Translations under genes and position numbers: made by a program
Notes under the pieces: model-generated
What the model saw: the letters and a program-made list of their open reading frames with translations, nothing else
Told to the model about the DNA's origin: nothing
Databases searched by the model: none
Part shown: piece by piece, positions 59,678 to 64,000 of the stretch
Numbering within the stretch: position 1 is the stretch's first letter
How the letters are laid out: each line of letters opens with the position of its first letter
Source of the DNA: an uncultured Acidobacteriota bacterium
Lineage (GTDB): Bacteria > Acidobacteriota > Vicinamibacteria > Vicinamibacterales > UBA8438
Assembly (NCBI GenBank): GCA_913043225.1
Contig: CAJWLU010000004.1
Coordinates: forward strand, 32,001-96,000
Reading direction: 5' to 3'
DNA: 64,000 nucleotides

Positions 59678-62556
59678 GCGCCGGCTTCGGCGTACGCCTG
59701 GACCGGTGGACAGGCACAAACCAGGTTCCGGTCGCCGTGAGCGTCATCAATCCGACCAACAACCGGCCATACCTTATGCTGCCGCACGAACGGCAACGGA
59801 AATACCGCTTGCTCTCGACTGTAGGGATGTGCCCACTGATCACCGACCGCCTCGGCCGCCGTGTGGGGAGCATTCTTGAGCACGTTGTCGACCGGATCTG
59901 CCACGCCGTCAACCACCGCCTGAATCTCACCTCGAATTGCAATCAACGCGTCACAGAACCGGTCTAGTTCTTCCTGCGGCTCGCTCTCGGTCGGTTCCAC
60001 CATCATCGTCCCAGGCACCGGGAACGACACGGTCGGTGCGTGAAAACCGTAGTCCATCAGCCGTTTAGCGACATCGATCTCCGCGATCCCGTGTGGCGTA
60101 AACTCTCGCAAGTCAAAGATCAGCTCGTGCGCCACCCGCCCATTCGAGCGGGTATAGAGCGCCGGGTAGTACGGCGCGAGCCTGGCCTTGATGTAATTTG
60201 CGCCGAGGATCGCGATCTCCGTAGCACGACGCATGCCGTCAGCGCCCAACATTCGCATGTATCCGTGCGAAATAAGCTGAATGCTCGCACTGCCCCAGGG
60301 AGCCGCGGCGATCGCGGGAATCGCGCGCTCCCCTCCGACCGGCACAACCGCGTGCCCGGGAAGGTAGGGAGCAAGATGGCCCCCGACGGCGATCGGTCCC
60401 ATCCCGGGCCCTCCTCCACCGTGCGGAATGGCAAACGTCTTGTGCAGATTGATATGGCACACGTCGGCGCCAATGGCGGCGGGACTGGTCACCCCAACCT
60501 GTGCGTTCATGTTCGCGCCGTCCATGTAGACCTGGCCACCATGATGATGCACGACGGCGCAGATCTCGCGAATGGCGTCCTCGAACACCCCATGCGTCGA
60601 GGGATACGTGACCATCAGCGCGCAGAGCGCGTCGGCATGAGTCTCGACCTGTCGCCTCAAATCGTCTACGTCTACGTTGCCCGCCTCATCGCACGCCACA
60701 ATAACCACGCGCATTCCAGCCATCGCGGCAGTCGCCGGGTTCGTACCGTGAGCCGACGCCGGAATCAAGACCACATCACGCCGACCATCGCCCCGGTCGC
60801 GCTGGTACGCGCGGATCACCATCAAGCCCGCAAACTCCCCCTGCGCGCCCGAATTGGGCTGCAGCGAAACCGCGTCGAACCCGGTGATCGCACAGAGAGA
60901 CGACTCGAGCTCGCGAAACAGCGTCTGGTAGCCTTCCGACAGCGCCACCGGCATGAACGGATGCATCTCGGCGTAGGCCGGCCAGGTCACCGGCAAGATC
61001 GCCGAGGCCGCGGTCAGCTTCATCGTGCAAGACCCGAGCGGAATCATGGACGTGTCCAGCCCGATGTCCCGGCTCTCAAGACGCTTCAGGTAGCGCATCA
61101 TCTGGGTCTCGGACCGGTGTCGGTGAAACACCGGGTGCGTCATGAACGCTGAAGTCCGCTCCACCCTGTCCGACCATTCCGGAGCCTGATCCGGCACGTC
61201 CATCAGGACTGTCGGCGCCTTGGCGCCGAGCGCCGCCGCAAAAAGTTCCAGAATCTCGACTACGTCTGCCGCGGTCGTGACCTCGTCGAGGGCTATGCCC
61301 ACGCCAGTGGCGTCAACATACCGAAAATGGATACCCGCCTCGGTCGCGTGGTGCCTGAGGCGCTCCACCGTCGTCTCGGCCAGAGTGACCCTGAGCGTGT
61401 CGAAGACCGTGCCATGCACCGGGGCCGCTCCCATGGCCTCGAGCCCGTCGGCTAGTCGTCTGGCAAACCCGTGCACTCGCCGCGCAATCCCCCGCAGACC
61501 ATCCGGGCCATGATAAACACCGTAGAAGCCGGCCAAATTAGCGAGCAGCGCCTGCGCCGTGCAAATGTTCGACGTCGCGCGCTCTCTCCTGATGTGCTGT
61601 TCCCGGGTCTGCAGCGACATCCGATAGGCCGGATCGCCATGCCGATCCACGGACAAGCCGATGATCCGGCCTGGCATCTGTCGCACGTACTCGGTACGGG
61701 TAGCGAAGAACGCCGCATGGGGTCCGCCGTAGCCCATCGGCACGCCGAACCGCTGGGAATTACCAACAACCACATCGGCCCCCACCTCGCCGGGTGGCTT
61801 CAGCAAGGTTAAGGCGAGCAGGTCGGTAGCCACCGCCACCAGCGCGCCGGCACCGTGGGCGCTGGCAATCACCCCGTCGAGCGGCGCGACCTCCCCGTCC
61901 TCAGCCGGATACTGCAGCAGCACGGCGAACACCCCATCGCCTTCGGCCACCGACGTCGGGTCGCCTACCTCCACATCGATGCCGAGCGGCTCGCACCGCC
62001 CCCGCACCACGTCGATGGTCTGCGGGAAGCAGGCTGACGACACGCGCACCCGGTTCGCGTCCGGCCGCCGACGAGCCTGCACCCGATGCAGCAGCGTTAC
62101 CGCCTCGGCTGCTGCCGTGGCCTCGTCCAGCAGTGAAGCGTTGGCCACCGGCATGGCGGTCAGGTCTCCCACCATCGTCTGGAAATTCAAGAGCGCTTCC
62201 AGCCGCCCCTGGGCGACCTCGGCCTGATAGGGGGTATAGGGCGTGTACCAACCCGGGTTCTCGAAGACGTTTCGCAGGATCACGCTGGGCGTCAGGCACC
62301 CGTAGTAGCCGAGGCCGATCATGGCCCGCCCGCCCTTGTTCCCCTTTCCTACTTTGCGGATCCTAGCCAGAAACTCTAGTTCCGTTTCCGGACCTGGCAC
62401 GTCTAGCGGCGCACCGAGCCGGATATCGGCCGGCACCGCCTCATCGATGAGGGCCTCGAGCGACGAAGCGCCTACCTCCTCCAGCATCCGCTCGACGTCT
62501 GCCGCGCTCGGCCCGATATGACGATCCTCGAACCTATCCTGACGACCCTCGTTCAC
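59674..62556 (-). CDS. gcvP: Glycine dehydrogenase (decarboxylating), P protein
   Basis: WYTPYTPYQAE, SNICTAQALLA, PLGSCTMK, NLHKTF.IPHGGGGPG. Confidence 0.98.
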   Translation of the reverse strand: MNEGRQDRFEDRHIGPSAADVERMLEEVGASSLEALIDEAVPADIRLGAPLDVPGPETELEFLARIRKVGKGNKGGRAMIGLGYYGCLTPSVILRNVFENPGWYTPYTPYQAEVAQGRLEALLNFQTMVGDLTAMPVANASLLDEATAAAEAVTLLHRVQARRRPDANRVRVSSACFPQTIDVVRGRCEPLGIDVEVGDPTSVAEGDGVFAVLLQYPAEDGEVAPLDGVIASAHGAGALVAVATDLLALTLLKPPGEVGADVVVGNSQRFGVPMGYGGPHAAFFATRTEYVRQMPGRIIGLSVDRHGDPAYRMSLQTREQHIRRERATSNICTAQALLANLAGFYGVYHGPDGLRGIARRVHGFARRLADGLEAMGAAPVHGTVFDTLRVTLAETTVERLRHHATEAGIHFRYVDATGVGIALDEVTTAADVVEILELFAAALGAKAPTVLMDVPDQAPEWSDRVERTSAFMTHPVFHRHRSETQMMRYLKRLESRDIGLDTSMIPLGSCTMKLTAASAILPVTWPAYAEMHPFMPVALSEGYQTLFRELESSLCAITGFDAVSLQPNSGAQGEFAGLMVIRAYQRDRGDGRRDVVLIPASAHGTNPATAAMAGMRVVIVACDEAGNVDVDDLRRQVETHADALCALMVTYPSTHGVFEDAIREICAVVHHHGGQVYMDGANMNAQVGVTSPAAIGADVCHINLHKTFAIPHGGGGPGMGPIAVGGHLAPYLPGHAVVPVGGERAIPAIAAAPWGSASIQLISHGYMRMLGADGMRRATEIAILGANYIKARLAPYYPALYTRSNGRVAHELIFDLREFTPHGIAEIDVAKRLMDYGFHAPTVSFPVPGTMMVEPTESEPQEELDRFCDALIAIRGEIQAVVDGVADPVDNVLKNAPHTAAEAVGDQWAHPYSREQAVFPLPFVRQHKVWPVVGRIDDAHGDRNLVCACPPVQAYAEAGA

Positions 62557-62948
62557 TGGCTCTCCACCAATTCGCCATACTCCCTCGCGTTGAGCAGGCG
62601 CTCAACACCCACCCGAGAGCCAGGCTTACCTTCAAGTTCAAGCTCGATGATCCAGGTCTCGTGTGCCAACTGATTGACCGACTCAGGCCGGTCGATCAGA
62701 TCCGCGTTCACCTGGACCACCTTGCCAGCCAACGGGCAATAGAGATCGGACACCGCCTTCACCGATTCGATCGATCCGAACTGTGCCCCGGCTGCGAACT
62801 TCTGACCAACCTCGGGCAACTCTACGAAGACGACGTCACCGAGCTGCTGCTGTGCGTAGTCCGTAATGCCCACCTGCGCCATCGTGCCGTTATCGGACAC
62901 CTCTACCCATTCGTGCTCGCGTGTGTACAACAAATTATCCGGATACAT
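62553..62948 (-). CDS. gcvH: Glycine cleavage H protein
   Basis: HEW, GITDYAQQQLGDVVFV, IESVKAVSD (lipoyl Lys). Confidence 0.97.
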   Translation of the reverse strand: MYPDNLLYTREHEWVEVSDNGTMAQVGITDYAQQQLGDVVFVELPEVGQKFAAGAQFGSIESVKAVSDLYCPLAGKVVQVNADLIDRPESVNQLAHETWIIELELEGKPGSRVGVERLLNAREYGELVESQ

Positions 62949-62954
62949 GGTGTT

Positions 62955-64000
62955 TCATCCTTTATCACGCTTGTAGAACGGCAGTAATACCACCTTGGCC
63001 TCCACCGGCCGATCCCTGATCTCGATCTCAAGACCAGTGCCCGGCTCTGCCATCTCACGCGGCACGTACGCGAGTCCCACCGCCCGTTCGAGGAACGGCG
63101 TTCTGGTGCCACTAGTCACCCTGCCCACGGCCTCGCCGTCTCTCAAGACGCGATAGCCGTGACGAGCAATCCCACGTCCCACCATCTCGAAACCAACGAG
63201 CTTGCTGGTCACACCTGTCTCACGCTGCCGAACGAGCGCTTCGCGGCCAATGAAGGCCGGCTTGTCCCAGCCAATCGTCCAGCCCAGCCCAGCCTCGAGC
63301 ACCGTGGTCGTGTCGTCGACGTCCTGCCCCGACAGCCGCATCGCAGCCTCGAGCCGTAGGGTATCCCGTGCGCCGAGTCCGGCCGGCCGCAACCCCTCGC
63401 CGTCGCCCGCCGACAGTAGTGCGTCCCACAGCCGGTCGGCACCCTGCGAAGGCACGAACACCTCGAACCCGTCTTCGCCCGTATAGCCAGTTCGCGAGAT
63501 CGTCGCCCGAATGCTCGCCACTTCGCCCGTAGTGAAGCGGTAGTAGCCGATCCGGTCCAATTCGACCTCGGTCAGCGTCTGCAGGATTGCCAGAGCGCGC
63601 GGTCCCTGCACGGCAATGAGCGCATAGCGACTGCTCGTGTTCACCGCCATCGCGTCGCCGATCCCCTGAATGTTCTGCTGGATCCACGCGAAGTCCGACT
63701 CGATGCAGCTCGCATTGACCACAAGCAGATAGTGACTGTCGGCTAGGCGGTAGACAAGGAGGTCGTCCACGAACGTACCTGCCTTGGTCGAGAGCACCGA
63801 ATACTGCGCGTGTCCGATCTCAAGGCTCGAGGCATCATTGGTCGAAATCCGTTGCACCGCCGCTAGCGCGTCGTCACCGGCAATCTCGATCTCGCCCATG
63901 TGACTCACATCGAAGAGTCCGGCCGCGCGGCGCACAGCCAAGTGCTCCTCGGTGATGCTGGAGTATTGCACCGGCATCTCCCACCCCCCGAAGGAGACCA
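62955..64000 (-). CDS. gcvT: Glycine cleavage aminomethyltransferase T (5' end outside the window)
   Basis: [40 protein letters not shown]. Confidence 0.97.
   Translation of the reverse strand, partial: VSFGGWEMPVQYSSITEEHLAVRRAAGLFDVSHMGEIEIAGDDALAAVQRISTNDASSLEIGHAQYSVLSTKAGTFVDDLLVYRLADSHYLLVVNASCIESDFAWIQQNIQGIGDAMAVNTSSRYALIAVQGPRALAILQTLTEVELDRIGYYRFTTGEVASIRATISRTGYTGEDGFEVFVPSQGADRLWDALLSAGDGEGLRPAGLGARDTLRLEAAMRLSGQDVDDTTTVLEAGLGWTIGWDKPAFIGREALVRQRETGVTSKLVGFEMVGRGIARHGYRVLRDGEAVGRVTSGTRTPFLERAVGLAYVPREMAEPGTGLEIEIRDRPVEAKVVLLPFYKRDKG

Noticed and set aside
1..64000. CRISPR arrays, tRNA/rRNA genes, IS elements
   Set aside because: No regularly spaced repeats, cloverleaf or rRNA-like segments, or transposase ORFs seen by eye; tRNAscan and Infernal were not run

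Overview
High-GC bacterial chromosomal segment; gene content and order (fused LptF-LptG, Tol-Pal, PilC/B/M/N/O plus pseudopilins, asd of the archaeal/eukaryotic type) point to Acidobacteriota, probably Vicinamibacteria (inference, no search run). Mostly housekeeping: rpoN 3' end, rapZ, ssb, tol-pal, recN-miaB, parAB, lptFG, metK, xerD, an aspartate-pathway operon, a MurQ-centred cell-wall recycling operon, a T2SS/type IV pilus-like operon, secA-guaB, tsaE-nnr and gcvTHP. The most novel element is a tight three-gene operon at 47289-51073: a glutaminase-less asparagine-synthetase-like ligase, a bacterial homologue of the archaeosine radical SAM lyase RaSEA, and a flavin-dependent halogenase-family protein. 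Other highlights: a complete leader-peptide attenuator ahead of hom-thrC-TIGR00300-lysC-asd, a minimal microcompartment locus, an orphan sigma-54 promoter facing antisense into metK, and several decayed genes (hpf, secretin, PKD lipoprotein, amidohydrolase relic). All family assignments come from motif recognition by eye.
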